DNA from: Dehalococcoidia bacterium
GTDB lineage: Bacteria; Chloroflexota; Dehalococcoidia; Lucifugimonadales; UBA826
Direction of reading: 5' to 3'
Assembly (NCBI GenBank): GCA_029936675.1
Contig: JAPYSB010000001.1
Coordinates: 50,669 to 114,668, forward strand
DNA: 64,000 nt
A program made the translations under genes and the position numbers. This document shows positions 47,507 to 57,871 of this stretch, one piece after another; within the stretch, counting starts at the first letter, position 1, and the number at the start of each line of letters is the position of its first letter. The notes under the pieces are model-generated. The model was not told where the DNA came from. It did not search any database and saw only the letters and a program-made list of their open reading frames with translations.

Positions 47507-48355
47507 ATGAAATTCACCAAAATGCATGGAGCAGGAAATGACTACGTCTTTGTGAATGGGTTCGATTATGATCTTGACTGGAAACATATATCCCAAATTG
47601 TCAGTGACAGGCACAAAGGTATAGGGGCAGATGGCCTAATCGTCGCATCCCCACCATCTAACGATTCTGACCTAAAGATGCGTATGTTCAACGCTGACGG
47701 TTCCGAAGGAGAAATGTGTGGGAATGGAATACGCTGTTTAGTTAGTTTTGCTAGAGATGAAGGTTTGGTAAGCTGTGATTCACAGGTAGTCACCGTTGAA
47801 ACGATGGCTGGAAATTTAGATGTGTTCCCAATCTTAAAAAATAGTCGAATGATCGGTGCAAGGGTCAGTATGGGGCCTCCTATTCTAATCCCGCAAGAAG
47901 TTCCGGTAAGAATCGATTCCGATAGTCCAACTATCGATTATTCTCTGCATGTCGATGGATACGATTTATCCCTTAGCTTTGTATCGATGGGAAACCCTCA
48001 TGCTATTGCTTTTATCGACGATGACGTGGATAGTTTTCCGTTGGAATTGATAGGCCCTCAAGTTGAAAATCACATTATTTTCCCTAACAAAATTAACTTT
48101 GAAATTGTAAATGTGCTGAGCCCGAAAGAGTTAAAAGTGAGAGTTTGGGAAAGAGGGTCTGGAATCACTATGGCCTGCGGTACTGGAGCCTGTGCTGTAG
48201 CTGTGGCAGCTCACATCAAAGGAATTATGTCAGGTGAAGCTAACCTGAAATTACCCGGTGGTGATTTAACAGTTCGTTGGGATGGGGTAGGGGAAGTGGA
48301 AATGGAAGGACCGATAGAAACAGTATATAAGGGTGTTTTCCACTCAGAATTATAG
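47507..48355 (+). CDS. dapF: Diaminopimelate epimerase
   Basis: F.KMHGAGNDYV and two catalytic Cys contexts (GEMCGNGIRC; MACGTGACA). Confidence 0.92.
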   Translation: MKFTKMHGAGNDYVFVNGFDYDLDWKHISQIVSDRHKGIGADGLIVASPPSNDSDLKMRMFNADGSEGEMCGNGIRCLVSFARDEGLVSCDSQVVTVETMAGNLDVFPILKNSRMIGARVSMGPPILIPQEVPVRIDSDSPTIDYSLHVDGYDLSLSFVSMGNPHAIAFIDDDVDSFPLELIGPQVENHIIFPNKINFEIVNVLSPKELKVRVWERGSGITMACGTGACAVAVAAHIKGIMSGEANLKLPGGDLTVRWDGVGEVEMEGPIETVYKGVFHSEL

Positions 48356-48390
48356 GATTGGGACTAACAATAAGCCGAAAGCAGGAGCCA

Positions 48391-49566
48391 ATGAAAATGA
48401 GATTCGCAAAGCGCCTAGATACTGTACCACCATATCTTTTCGTAGAAATAAGCAGAAAGATTGCTGCGAAGAAAGCAGAGGGCATAAACGTAATTTCCTT
48501 TGGTATTGGTGACCCAGACCTGGAAACTCCTAGTAATGTGATAGCTGAACTCAGCAGAACGGCCCTGGATTCTCCCAATCATAGGTATCCAGAAACGGAC
48601 GGATTGCCAGATTTCCGCAAGGCAGTGTCCGGATGGTATCAGCAACGCTTTTCTATATCAGTGGATCCGGACAAAGAAGTCCTCCCGCTCATCGGGGCGA
48701 AAGAAGGTATAGGCCATGTTGCCCTATGTTTCATCGACCCTGGTGATATTGCTTTGATTCCAGACCCAGGATATCCGGTTTATTCCGTGGGTACTTGGTT
48801 TGCGGGAGGAGAATGCCATTGGATGCCACTAAAGGAGGAAAACGGATGGCTTCCCGACCTCGACGATATCCCTGAAAATGTGGCAAAAAACTCTAAGGTA
48901 ATGTGGCTGAATTATCCCAATAATCCCACAGGGGCGATTGTAGATAAAGGGTATCTGGCTGATGTAGTTAGCTTTGGTAAACAATACAATATTGCCATAA
49001 TGCATGATGCTTGTTATACCGAAGTGGCCTACGATGGTTATCGTCCAATCAGTTTTCTAGAAGTTCCCGGTGCCATGGATATCGGTCTAGAATTCCATTC
49101 GCTATCCAAAAGTTACAACATGACAGGGTGGAGGGTAGGGATGGCTGTAGGAAATTCAAAAATGATTGAGGCGCTTATGGTGGTGAAATCCAATTTGGAT
49201 TCAGGCATACCTAACGCGGTCCAATATATGGGTATAGAAGCCCTGAAGGCCTCTAACAAGGAAATTGACGCTCGAAATGCCCTATATCAAAAGAGGCGAG
49301 ACCGAGTTATCGATTCTTTAAATAAAATAGGATTAAATGTAACTCCCCCGAAAGCAAGTCTGTACGTTTGGGCAAAGATTCCAGCTGGATATACCTCGGC
49401 CGAGTTTGCCGAATTACTCTTAGAGGAAAAAAACGTGGTAGTGACTGCCGGAAACGGATACGGGCCTAGCGGAGAAGGTTACGTACGTCTTTCGCTCACA
49501 ATTTCCGAAACGGACCTAGAGGAAGGTCTAAAAAGATTAAAGGGTTGGGAAATACCTCAAAAATAG
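48391..49566 (+). CDS. dapL: LL-diaminopimelate aminotransferase (class I aminotransferase)
   Basis: Motifs PPYLF.EI, GIGDPD, NYPNNPTGA and FHSLSKSYNMTGWRVG (PLP Lys), plus adjacency to dapF. The start is either ATG 48391 or ATG 48397, with a GGAG just upstream. The track TTG at 48358 is unlikely. Confidence 0.75.
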   Translation: MKMRFAKRLDTVPPYLFVEISRKIAAKKAEGINVISFGIGDPDLETPSNVIAELSRTALDSPNHRYPETDGLPDFRKAVSGWYQQRFSISVDPDKEVLPLIGAKEGIGHVALCFIDPGDIALIPDPGYPVYSVGTWFAGGECHWMPLKEENGWLPDLDDIPENVAKNSKVMWLNYPNNPTGAIVDKGYLADVVSFGKQYNIAIMHDACYTEVAYDGYRPISFLEVPGAMDIGLEFHSLSKSYNMTGWRVGMAVGNSKMIEALMVVKSNLDSGIPNAVQYMGIEALKASNKEIDARNALYQKRRDRVIDSLNKIGLNVTPPKASLYVWAKIPAGYTSAEFAELLLEEKNVVVTAGNGYGPSGEGYVRLSLTISETDLEEGLKRLKGWEIPQK

Positions 49567-49611
49567 TCCCAAGGCATTGGAGTAAGACTCATATATACCA
49601 AACTACATACT

Positions 49612-50721
49612 GTGGCAGCGCAACCCGAACGAGTGTTGCTCGTTGGAGTTCATATCAAAGGATCTAAAACCAGATGGAAGCCCAAAGATTCAATAGCAGA
49701 GCTACAGGAATTAGCCTCAGGTGCAGGGGCAGAAGTGGTGGGTATAATGAGCCAACAATTAACCAAGCCAACGCAAACCTATGTCGGTAAAGGAAAATTG
49801 GAATCGCTTTTAGAAATTGTTAAAGAGAAGAAAATAGATACCATCATTTGCGACGACGAACTAAAACCTACTCAACAGCTCAATCTTGAGAAGGCTCTCC
49901 CTGGTACCAAAGTCATAGATCGAACCGCCCTTATTTTAGATATTTTCGCCTCGAGGGCCCAGACCCACGAAGGAAGATTACAAGTCGATTTAGCACAGCA
50001 TGAGTACCTTCTCCCTAGATTAGCCGGCCAATGGACTCATTTGGAAAGGCTCGGTGGAGGCATAGGTACCAGAGGCCCTGGAGAATCGCAAATTGAGACA
50101 GACCGCCGTCTTGCTAGAAACCGGATTGGTAAATTGAAAAAAGACATTGAAAAAATCAGAAAGCATAGACAGAGATATCGACAAAGAAGAAAACGCTCTG
50201 ATTTGCCAATTGTCTCCCTCGTGGGTTACACCAATGCAGGAAAAAGCGCTCTATTGAATACTTTAGCCTCATCAGGAGTCATCGCCGAAAACAAACTTTT
50301 TTCCACGTTGGACCCCGTCACACGCAAAATCCGATTGAATAACGGAAAAGAGATCCTTTTGACCGACACTGTAGGGTTTATACAAAAACTCCCTACAAGC
50401 CTTGTTGCCGCTTTTAGGGCCACCTTGGAAGAGGCTGAAGAGGCCGACCTACTGGTTCATGTTTCTGACATTTCCCACCCAAACCGGTACGAACATTGTT
50501 ATGCGGTCAACGAAGTCTTGGAAAATTTAGGCTTGACAGGCAAACCCAAAATCGGAGCTTTGAATAAAATTGATCTCCTACCAAAATATTATGAAGCTTA
50601 TGAGGATCCTTCACTCATTAATTTGATGGATCAGTTTGGCCAAACTGTGTTTTGTTCAGCTGAGACAGGCTTTGGAATCGGGGAACTTATCAACACAATT
50701 GAAAAGAGGGTATCTCAATAG
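49612..50721 (+). CDS. hflX: GTPase HflX
   Basis: HflX N-domain (ERVLLVGV, DLAQHEYLLPRL, GGGIGTRGPGE.Q.E.DRR) and G domain (GYTNAGKS, DTVGF, NKID). GTG start. Confidence 0.92.
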   Translation: MAAQPERVLLVGVHIKGSKTRWKPKDSIAELQELASGAGAEVVGIMSQQLTKPTQTYVGKGKLESLLEIVKEKKIDTIICDDELKPTQQLNLEKALPGTKVIDRTALILDIFASRAQTHEGRLQVDLAQHEYLLPRLAGQWTHLERLGGGIGTRGPGESQIETDRRLARNRIGKLKKDIEKIRKHRQRYRQRRKRSDLPIVSLVGYTNAGKSALLNTLASSGVIAENKLFSTLDPVTRKIRLNNGKEILLTDTVGFIQKLPTSLVAAFRATLEEAEEADLLVHVSDISHPNRYEHCYAVNEVLENLGLTGKPKIGALNKIDLLPKYYEAYEDPSLINLMDQFGQTVFCSAETGFGIGELINTIEKRVSQ

Positions 50722-50772
50722 CAAGGTTATTTTGGGACCTTTGGAAATGCGCACTATAAATGTTATGTAAAG

Positions 50773-51789
50773 TTAGGGAATGGCAATTTTCATCGAAAGC
50801 CAGCCCTTTTTCGTTAAATGCGTTAATAATCCTATCACTAAGCTGTTCACATCTTTGTATGTAAGCAATTGACCTTGCTTCAATGCAGATACCGGGAAAT
50901 ATTTCTGGAATTCTATTGATTCGGAAACTAAAATAACATTGCCAGGGGTAATGCCACTAGCCACACCGACTGCAAATATTTCAGTCAATTGAATTTCCTC
51001 ATTGAATCCAGAGGCATTTAAGACCAATACTGTAGCCGCCGCCTTTTCAGGTTCATCCACATCATCATAAGGACCGATACTTTTTGTTGGTATGCCGAGG
51101 GTTCTAAATTGGGAAATTACAACTGAGGTTATATCTTTTGCCGCCTCTGTTGTGTCAATAAACAGTAAGTAGCCCTCTTTTCCGGCGGGAGACAAAGGCC
51201 GTTTCATCACAGAATCAATTGAAACAGGTTTATTTTCAACTATGTTTTGTGGGCCGTTATCCGGTAGAGGTGGCGTAAAAGGTTTTGGCCCATTTTCTTC
51301 TCTTCCTATACCTTCTATATATGACCGGTTTTCCGTAAATATGCGAATGAACTCCTCGGTTTGGCCAATAGCGATACTCAAATCTCTTACCAACAGATTG
51401 GTCAAAAATTCAAGTTTGGGAAGCTCTCCTTCATTTATGAGCTGATTCAATTTTGCAAATTTTTCGGGCATGTGAGCAGCTTTCAGAAGAGACCCTGTAA
51501 GTTCCTGAACCGATTTTGGTATTGAAATTGAAATCCCAAGATCAGTTAAGGAAATGGCATCGTCTCTATATCGCCCCTTGGTGAACCCATATTGCTCAGA
51601 GGCGGCCAAGACAGTGGTAAAACTACTACTTCTAGGGCTTATGCCTAGGTGGGTAGCCAAAAGCTTCCTATCTAAAGGAAGCCCGGCATTATCATGATAT
51701 ATCGCTTTGGCGATTTCCAAAGTTTCCCTTATCGTATGGGCGGGGTAATTTCTGACTCTTCGAGTCCTGCGAAAACCATCTTTATTCAT
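50773..51789 (-). CDS. Hypothetical protein, family not recognised; possible N-terminal winged-helix-like region and C-terminal alpha/beta domain
   Basis: 338-aa ORF with normal-looking composition. I recognise no motif. Segments such as LLATHLGISPRSSSF..VL.A...YGF look like a wHTH recognition region, but this is weak. Confidence 0.55.
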   Translation of the reverse strand: MNKDGFRRTRRVRNYPAHTIRETLEIAKAIYHDNAGLPLDRKLLATHLGISPRSSSFTTVLAASEQYGFTKGRYRDDAISLTDLGISISIPKSVQELTGSLLKAAHMPEKFAKLNQLINEGELPKLEFLTNLLVRDLSIAIGQTEEFIRIFTENRSYIEGIGREENGPKPFTPPLPDNGPQNIVENKPVSIDSVMKRPLSPAGKEGYLLFIDTTEAAKDITSVVISQFRTLGIPTKSIGPYDDVDEPEKAAATVLVLNASGFNEEIQLTEIFAVGVASGITPGNVILVSESIEFQKYFPVSALKQGQLLTYKDVNSLVIGLLTHLTKKGWLSMKIAIP

Positions 51790-51792
51790 GTT

Positions 51793-51832
51793 ATTTCAAA
51801 CTTCAATCCTTTTTTTGAAATCATTTTGAAAT
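51793..51832. promoter_or_regulatory. Inverted repeat ATTTCAAA (51793-51800) / TTTGAAAT (51814-51821), plus a second direct TTTGAAAT (51825-51832), immediately upstream of the 338-aa ORF
   Basis: Read directly from the sequence. It lies 4-43 nt upstream of the start codon at 51789, within a divergent intergenic region. Confidence 0.3.
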
Positions 51833-51975
51833 AAATATACGGATTTTGTATCAATTGTCAATCGTCTTTTTATGTTTTTGACCCTAACGGCTATTTCGTT
51901 TTACTACATATTGATAAAATAGAGTCTAAATTGATTCTCCACCTTAATTAATTCACTGGGAACAAATAAGACAAA

Positions 51976-53217
51976 ATGCCTAAAATACTCGCTTTTCTCT
52001 GTGTCGTGTCTTTCATTTCAGCCATTCTCGGCTGTTCTTCGGATATGAGCGAAGACACAAACTTACCTACACCAACTAAGTACTCTGACAGTAGTGCTCC
52101 CTACTCGGTAACCTCGGCACTTTCAAATGAGAAATTGGGATCCTCGGAAGGAACTCCTAAAGAGCTGGAGGCCGTATGGGAGGCATGGACCCTTTTAAAC
52201 AAGGAACATATTGACCGCGCATCCTTTAAGTCTGAGGCTTTTGAGGAATCCGCCATCAAAGGCTTGATTGATTCTGTTGAAGACACCCATACCTCGTATG
52301 TTGATCCTTTAGTGCTACAAATTGAACAAACAGATCTATCGGGACAATTTGAAGGTATTGGCGCCCACGTAAGGAGACGAGAAGACGGCATGATACAAAT
52401 TATAAGCCCTATAGAAGGAGGTCCAGCGGAGGCTGCTGGAATATTAGCTGGGGATATCATTTTGGCAGTAGATGGTGAGTCAATAGAGGGACTTGAACTC
52501 TTGGAGGCTGTCTCAAAAATAAGGGGCCCCAAAGGTAGTATAGTTTCCCTCACAGTGAAACATATTGGACAACTTGAAACAACGATTATAGATGTAAGTA
52601 GGGATGTTATAGCCTTGCCTAGTGTCTTACTTAGGAGTGACCCAGGGAATGATATAACCCATATACGGATTACAGAGTTCAAAGGTGACACTCCAATGAG
52701 GTTGTCTGAAATTTTGAATGCAGAATTGAAAGCCGGTTCTAAGGGTTTAATTCTCGACTTAAGGGGTAATCCTGGTGGATATTTACGACAGGTTTTTGAT
52801 ATTGCCAATATGTTTTTAGATGAAGGAATAATTCTCCTCGAGGAAAGACAAAACGAAAATGTGACATGGCAGGCATCGGATGGTGGGTTTGCCGCTAATC
52901 TTCCAATGGTGCTTCTAGTGAATAAGTACAGCGCCAGCGGCAGTGAAATCCTAATGGGGGCTTTCCAGGACAACGATAGAGCTATCGCAATAGGAGAACA
53001 AACCTTCGGTAAAGGAACGGTCAATGTTTTTAGAAAACTGAGTAATGGCGGTGGCCTTTACATGTCTGTGGGACGGTGGTACACACCTAACAAAAGGCCA
53101 ATTGAGGGGGAAGGCCTCTCCCCGGATATATTGGTCACATCAAGAGATAGCAAAGAGGCCGATATAAAGCAAGTTGACGCAGCCTATGAAGAAATTAATA
53201 AACTGTTAAATGACTAA
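51976..53217 (+). CDS. S41-family C-terminal processing peptidase, lipoprotein
   Basis: Lipobox ISAILGC, PDZ domain (GIGA......I..P.EGGPAEAAGI..GD.I.AVDG) and catalytic regions (DLRGNPGG, NKYSASGSEI, TFGKG). Confidence 0.9.
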   Translation: MPKILAFLCVVSFISAILGCSSDMSEDTNLPTPTKYSDSSAPYSVTSALSNEKLGSSEGTPKELEAVWEAWTLLNKEHIDRASFKSEAFEESAIKGLIDSVEDTHTSYVDPLVLQIEQTDLSGQFEGIGAHVRRREDGMIQIISPIEGGPAEAAGILAGDIILAVDGESIEGLELLEAVSKIRGPKGSIVSLTVKHIGQLETTIIDVSRDVIALPSVLLRSDPGNDITHIRITEFKGDTPMRLSEILNAELKAGSKGLILDLRGNPGGYLRQVFDIANMFLDEGIILLEERQNENVTWQASDGGFAANLPMVLLVNKYSASGSEILMGAFQDNDRAIAIGEQTFGKGTVNVFRKLSNGGGLYMSVGRWYTPNKRPIEGEGLSPDILVTSRDSKEADIKQVDAAYEEINKLLND

Positions 53218-53229
53218 CGAGATGAGTGC

Positions 53230-53685
53230 ATGGCGGACACCTTAATAGCATCAAACCGACGGGCTACCTATGATTATGAGATTTTGGAATCCGTAGAAGC
53301 CGGATTAGTCCTCAAGTCGTCGGAAATAAAATCAATCAGAGATAACAGAGTGAATTTGGCAGGTTCTTACGCATTCCCTTCAAATGGAGAATTGTGGCTC
53401 CACAACGCTCATATTGCCCAGTATCCGTACTCCAGAGGTGAAAACCATCACCCCCTCAGAAGCCGAAAATTGCTATTGCGAAAACAAGAATTGAGAAAGT
53501 ATATGTCCGCAGCACAGCAAAAAGGTTATTCAATAGTACCACTGAAACTTTATTTTTCGGGACACTACGCAAAAATTACAATCTCGATTGCTCGAGGAAA
53601 AAGACAGTACGATAAGAGAAGAGCCAGCATGGAAAAAGAAAGATCAAGAGACGCTAAGGAAGCAATCAGGCGCCATCAACAATAA
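53230..53685 (+). CDS. smpB: SsrA-binding protein
   Basis: 151 aa with the motifs NRRA.YDYEI.E..EAG.VL.SSE.KS.R, RSRKLLL...EL and K.YDKR. Confidence 0.92.
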   Translation: MADTLIASNRRATYDYEILESVEAGLVLKSSEIKSIRDNRVNLAGSYAFPSNGELWLHNAHIAQYPYSRGENHHPLRSRKLLLRKQELRKYMSAAQQKGYSIVPLKLYFSGHYAKITISIARGKRQYDKRRASMEKERSRDAKEAIRRHQQ

Positions 53686-53745
53686 AATAGACAGCCATGC
53701 TTCTTTTGCCATTACATTTCAGATCCCACTGCATCATTTAAGTGT

Positions 53746-53973
53746 CTACTCTCGAGTGACATGCATAGTGTCACCAGGTGCGAGAGCCACCCTTCTAACA
53801 TCAATTCGAAATTTGAGAAGCCAATAAGCTAAAGTCGCCTTACTGACACCAAGATAATCGGCTGTTGCAGTCAAACCTTGTTCTGTAACCATTTCTGGAA
53901 GCATTTTTTCCAGCGGTTGGCGAAACCTTTCTTCGACTGCAATCATTTTTTTAGTTTTTCTTTTTAGCATCAA
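53746..53973 (-). CDS. Small helix-turn-helix protein
   Basis: 75 aa. The segment ATADYLGVSKATLAYWLLKFRI is a classic HTH turn plus recognition helix. No partner gene is present. Confidence 0.55.
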   Translation of the reverse strand: MMLKRKTKKMIAVEERFRQPLEKMLPEMVTEQGLTATADYLGVSKATLAYWLLKFRIDVRRVALAPGDTMHVTRE

Positions 53974-54212
53974 TTCCCCCGTTAATTTCGAAGACTAATA
54001 GATGTTATTTACCAAACAAGGCAATGTCAACGATGTTTTCAATCATTTCTTGAGCTTTTCTAATCATTTCAAAAGCCACCCAGCCTACTTGTTATTTATG
54101 CTTAGTGTCATTAATCACACGAACCACAATCGATTTGGGTTTGAGGAATAGTTCTATATCCCTTAATTTACTAATTTGACGTTTTCCATCCAACCTTGGA
54201 GAATAAATACGT

Positions 54213-54288
54213 GGCCCTGTAGCTCAGTGGATAGAGCGACTGCCTTCTAAGCAGTAAGTCGTGGGTTCGAATCCCCCCAGGGTCACCA
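54213..54288 (+). tRNA. tRNA-Arg (anticodon TCT), genomically encoded CCA
   Basis: I folded the cloverleaf by hand. Acceptor stem GGCCCTG/CAGGGTC (one G-U pair), D-stem GCTC/GAGC, anticodon stem ACTGC/GCAGT with loop CTTCTAA, T-loop GGTTCGAATCC, discriminator A plus CCA. There is one U-C mismatch in the T-stem. Confidence 0.9.
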
Positions 54289-54346
54289 ATTTTTCGTTTA
54301 CCAAGGAGGGGCGGGTAGCGTAGCACCCCCCTACCCCACAGAAAAA

Positions 54347-56422
54347 ATGCCGGGGTTTCACATGCCGAACCGACTTTCCAAAGAATCTAGCCCTTACCTC
54401 TTGCAACATAAGGACAACCCCGTCAATTGGTTTGCTTGGGGATTAGATGCTTTTGCAGAGGCAAAAGCTCGCAACGTTCCCGTTCTTTTAAGCGTCGGCT
54501 ACTCATCCTGTCATTGGTGCCATGTTATGGAATATGAATCTTTTGAAAATGAAGAAATCGCAAAAACAATGAATGATAATTTCGTGAGTGTGAAAGTAGA
54601 CCGTGAAGAAAGACCCGACATAGACTCCATCTACATGTCAGCTGTTCAATCTATGACAGGCCAGGGTGGTTGGCCTTTGACGGTTTTTCTGACCTCTGAA
54701 GGGTTGCCGTTCTTTGGAGGTACATATTACCCTCCAAAACCTCGAGGAGGTATGCCTGGTTTTACTCAAATACTTTCAGCTATATCGGACGCATACAAAA
54801 ATAGGCGGCCTGAGATAGAGAAATCAGGCTCGTATCTCCGCGAGCATATTAAGGCATCGATTACAAAAACCCCTGCCACCAATAATTTAGACTCGGATTT
54901 GTTGGAACACGCATACGAACAACTTCTTACGCAATACGATTGGGAATGGGGCGGATTTGGTGGTTCGATAAAATTTCCGCAGCCTATGGCCTTAGAATTT
55001 CTACTCAGATACCACTTAAATCACCCTGATTCTCGAGCTCTAGAAATGGTCGACACAGCCCTTCAAAAGATGGCCTCTGGAGGTATGTATGACCAGTTGG
55101 GGGGAGGATTCCACAGATATTCGACTGACAAGAAGTGGCTGGTACCTCATTTTGAAAAAATGCTCTATGACAATGCTTTACTTTCAAGGCTATACATTCA
55201 CGCTTTCCAGGCGACAGGTAACAATTTCTATCTCAGGGTTGCGAAAGACATATTCGAGTACGTTGACAGAGATATGACCGATGAAAATGGTCTGTTTTAT
55301 TCTGCCGAAGATGCGGACAGCGAAGGCGAAGAAGGAACTTATTACCTATGGGATCCTAATGAATTTAGGGAACACTTAACTGACTTGGAGATGACTCTAT
55401 TCAGATCAACCTTTAGCCTAGGAAAAGAAGGTTACTTCGAAGGGAAAACCATTCTCCACTACGATCCAAAAGGAACAGATTTTGGATTTTTGGGAAGCGA
55501 AAGCCCGAATTTACTTGATATAAGAAAAAAATTGGCAGATATAAGGAATAATCGGCCAAAGCCTTTCAAAGACAATAAAAGCCTCCTATCTTGGAATGCT
55601 CTCATGTCACTCGCTTTTATCGATGGATACCTCATAACTAAAGAGGATAAGTGGTTGGAAAAAGCAAAACTAAACATTAATTCTCTATTAAAACTTATTG
55701 AATCTAATTCAGGGATATTTCATTCATCTAAAGGAGGCCAAATCGGTAGTTACGGCTACCTTGAGGATTACTCATCCCTTATTCTCGCTATGCTGGCCAT
55801 GCATGAAGCAACATTGGACCTGGAATGGCTGATTAGAACTGAAGTAATAGCAGAAACCTTAGTGTCCTCGTTCTGGGATAGTCACGAATCGCGACTGTAT
55901 GACACTCCAGAAAATGGTGATAGTCTCATTATCAGGCCTAGCGAAAACTATGACAATGCCACCCCATCCGGCTCATCCATGACTGCAGAGGCATTATTTA
56001 AATTATCTTTGCTAACTAATGATAGAAAATATTTAAATATATTAATATCGTTAATGAAATCCACTGCCACCGTTGCAAGTGACCATCCAGTCTCCTTTGG
56101 CAATTGGTTATGTGTTTACGATTCCTATATTTATCCAACCATTGAAATAGCAGTTATTGCGGATAACCCAAAACATGCCCTGAAAATGCGTGATTGTTTA
56201 TACGAGTCCTATATCCCAAATCATATTTTTTGTGGGAACGCCTATTTTAGCCACACAGAAAAAGCTAGGAACAAATGGGATACCTATCCCCTACTTAACG
56301 ACCGCGAACCGGAAACTGATAAAGCAAAGGCTTACTTATGCGAAAATTATGTTTGCGAACTCCCTGTCAGTTCAACAGCAGAGCTATTGCAGTTAATACG
56401 ACAAAAAACAAAGGTGTCCTAA
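54347..56422 (+). CDS. Thioredoxin-domain protein of the DUF255 / YyaL (SSP411-like) family, with a six-hairpin glycosidase-like C-terminal domain
   Basis: The family signature is NRL..E.SPYLLQH..NPV.W..WG..AF..A...[18 protein letters not shown]. The start is ATG 54347 or ATG 54362 (MPNRL). Confidence 0.88.
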   Translation: MPGFHMPNRLSKESSPYLLQHKDNPVNWFAWGLDAFAEAKARNVPVLLSVGYSSCHWCHVMEYESFENEEIAKTMNDNFVSVKVDREERPDIDSIYMSAVQSMTGQGGWPLTVFLTSEGLPFFGGTYYPPKPRGGMPGFTQILSAISDAYKNRRPEIEKSGSYLREHIKASITKTPATNNLDSDLLEHAYEQLLTQYDWEWGGFGGSIKFPQPMALEFLLRYHLNHPDSRALEMVDTALQKMASGGMYDQLGGGFHRYSTDKKWLVPHFEKMLYDNALLSRLYIHAFQATGNNFYLRVAKDIFEYVDRDMTDENGLFYSAEDADSEGEEGTYYLWDPNEFREHLTDLEMTLFRSTFSLGKEGYFEGKTILHYDPKGTDFGFLGSESPNLLDIRKKLADIRNNRPKPFKDNKSLLSWNALMSLAFIDGYLITKEDKWLEKAKLNINSLLKLIESNSGIFHSSKGGQIGSYGYLEDYSSLILAMLAMHEATLDLEWLIRTEVIAETLVSSFWDSHESRLYDTPENGDSLIIRPSENYDNATPSGSSMTAEALFKLSLLTNDRKYLNILISLMKSTATVASDHPVSFGNWLCVYDSYIYPTIEIAVIADNPKHALKMRDCLYESYIPNHIFCGNAYFSHTEKARNKWDTYPLLNDREPETDKAKAYLCENYVCELPVSSTAELLQLIRQKTKVS

Positions 56423-56428
56423 ATCGGG

Positions 56429-57871
56429 TTAATGCTTTTTGCGCAAAGACCCGTCCAAATCTAAAGAAGCCCATTGATCTACAAATGTCTTTTTTGCCAA
56501 TGTTGGGGATTCTCTGCTTTTCGCCCATGAAGGCGGGAATGGTTTCCGAACAAAAGGGGCTATGGTTGCAATCAAATTGGCCGATCTTAATAAAAAGCGG
56601 ACTGCATTACTATTTGATAACAAAGAAGACAGAAATTTGGAAACAGCTCGCTCCCAAAATCCAACCGACTGTTGATCTGGATAGTCTTTACCTTCCACAA
56701 GCTGATTACGCAAATACAAAAGCATCCTTGGAATATCGATTTTCACCGGACATGCCTCTTTGCAAGCCCCGCATAAACTGGAAGCAAATGGTAAATTCTT
56801 AGCATCTGACAACCCGGTCAAAATAGGTGACACAATAGACCCGATTGGCCCCGGATAAACCCACCCGTAGGAATGTCCTCCAACTTTTCTGTAAACAGGA
56901 CATGCGTTTAAACATGCCCCGCACCTCAGGCAATATAATGCCTCCCTCAAATGAGGGTCAGCCAGCATTTTAGATCTCCCGTTGTCTACAATGACCAAGT
57001 GAAACTCTTCTGGCCCGTCTATTTCAGTACTTTTCCGTGGTCCCGAGACCATGGTCACGTAACTTGAGATCCACTGGCCTGTTGCCGACCTTATAAGCAA
57101 ACGTAAAAATGTGCCCAAATCTTCAATAGAAGGAATAATTTTTTCCATGCCAACAATAGCAACGTGTATACGAGGCATTGAGGTGCACATTCGGCCATTA
57201 CCTTCGTTGGAAACCAAGGCCAATGTGCCAGTTTCGGCTACCAAAAAATTGCCCCCAGTTATTCCCATATCAGCTTGAATAAATTTATCTCTTAATTGGT
57301 CTCGAGCCTCTGAGGTTAAAGTTTCTATATTCTCCGTTTGCTTTGTACCGATTTTGTCAGCAAACAACTTAGACACTTCTTGCCTGGATTTATGTATTGC
57401 CGGAGCAATGATGTGGTAAGGAGTCTCCTCCGCCAGCTGCACAATGTATTCACCCAAGTCAGTCTCATATGGATCTATTCCATGCTTGACCAATTCCTCG
57501 TTGAGCGACATTTCTTCTGACAACATAGATTTGCTTTTAACAACCGTCTTAACACCTTTCTTCTTCGATAGATCTATAACGTATTGAGTAGCATCTTCAG
57601 CTGTCTCAGCAAAATAAACATTGCCCCCAGAAGAAATCACGTTAGATTCCAATAACTCCAAATACTGATCCAGATGATTTATTACATGTTCTTTGATCTC
57701 TCTACCCTTTGTTTGCAATTCTTCCCAGTCAGCAGTAGCTAAGGATGCTTCGATACGCGCAGTATGAAACCCCCCATAAAGTCCAGATAAATTCTTCTGA
57801 ATCTGAGGATCCAATAAGGTCTCTTTGGATTTCATATTGAAATTTTTAGTCTCTGGTTTCATTTTTGACAT
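56429..57871 (-). CDS. lutB: Lactate utilisation protein B-type iron-sulfur protein (LutB/LldF)
   Basis: LUD/DUF162 domain plus two 4Fe-4S motifs (CLRCGACLNACPVY; CGACKEACPV). It overlaps the lutA stop by 13 nt. Confidence 0.85.
   Translation of the reverse strand: MSKMKPETKNFNMKSKETLLDPQIQKNLSGLYGGFHTARIEASLATADWEELQTKGREIKEHVINHLDQYLELLESNVISSGGNVYFAETAEDATQYVIDLSKKKGVKTVVKSKSMLSEEMSLNEELVKHGIDPYETDLGEYIVQLAEETPYHIIAPAIHKSRQEVSKLFADKIGTKQTENIETLTSEARDQLRDKFIQADMGITGGNFLVAETGTLALVSNEGNGRMCTSMPRIHVAIVGMEKIIPSIEDLGTFLRLLIRSATGQWISSYVTMVSGPRKSTEIDGPEEFHLVIVDNGRSKMLADPHLREALYCLRCGACLNACPVYRKVGGHSYGWVYPGPIGSIVSPILTGLSDAKNLPFASSLCGACKEACPVKIDIPRMLLYLRNQLVEGKDYPDQQSVGFWERAVSKFLSSLLSNSNAVRFLLRSANLIATIAPFVRKPFPPSWAKSRESPTLAKKTFVDQWASLDLDGSLRKKH

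Noticed and set aside
52101-53024. 307-aa ORF on the minus strand, the longest unassigned ORF in the track
   Set aside because: It lies entirely antisense to the well-supported S41 peptidase gene. Its translation is low-complexity (Ser/Pro/Ile-rich) with no recognisable motif. This is a typical shadow ORF.
53686-54212. Looked for a tmRNA (ssrA) gene next to smpB
   Set aside because: There is no tRNA-like acceptor/T-arm pair and no tag-reading-frame-like region. The only TTCGAATCC-type T-loop nearby belongs to tRNA-Arg at 54213-54288.
54289-54346. AAGGAGG followed by a GC-rich imperfect hairpin (GGGTAG...CTACCC) just after the tRNA. It could mark a small ORF start or a terminator.
   Set aside because: No ATG, GTG or TTG lies within 5-12 nt of the SD-like sequence. 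The hairpin has a 12-nt loop and is followed by an A-run rather than a U-run, so it is not a canonical intrinsic terminator.
53746-56422. Possible integrative element at tRNA-Arg, suggested by a small HTH gene adjacent to the tRNA
   Set aside because: There is no integrase, recombinase or phage-like gene on either side. I noticed no duplicated copy of the tRNA 3' end. The genes downstream of the tRNA are ordinary (YyaL-type, lutAB). The HTH gene is kept only as a feature.
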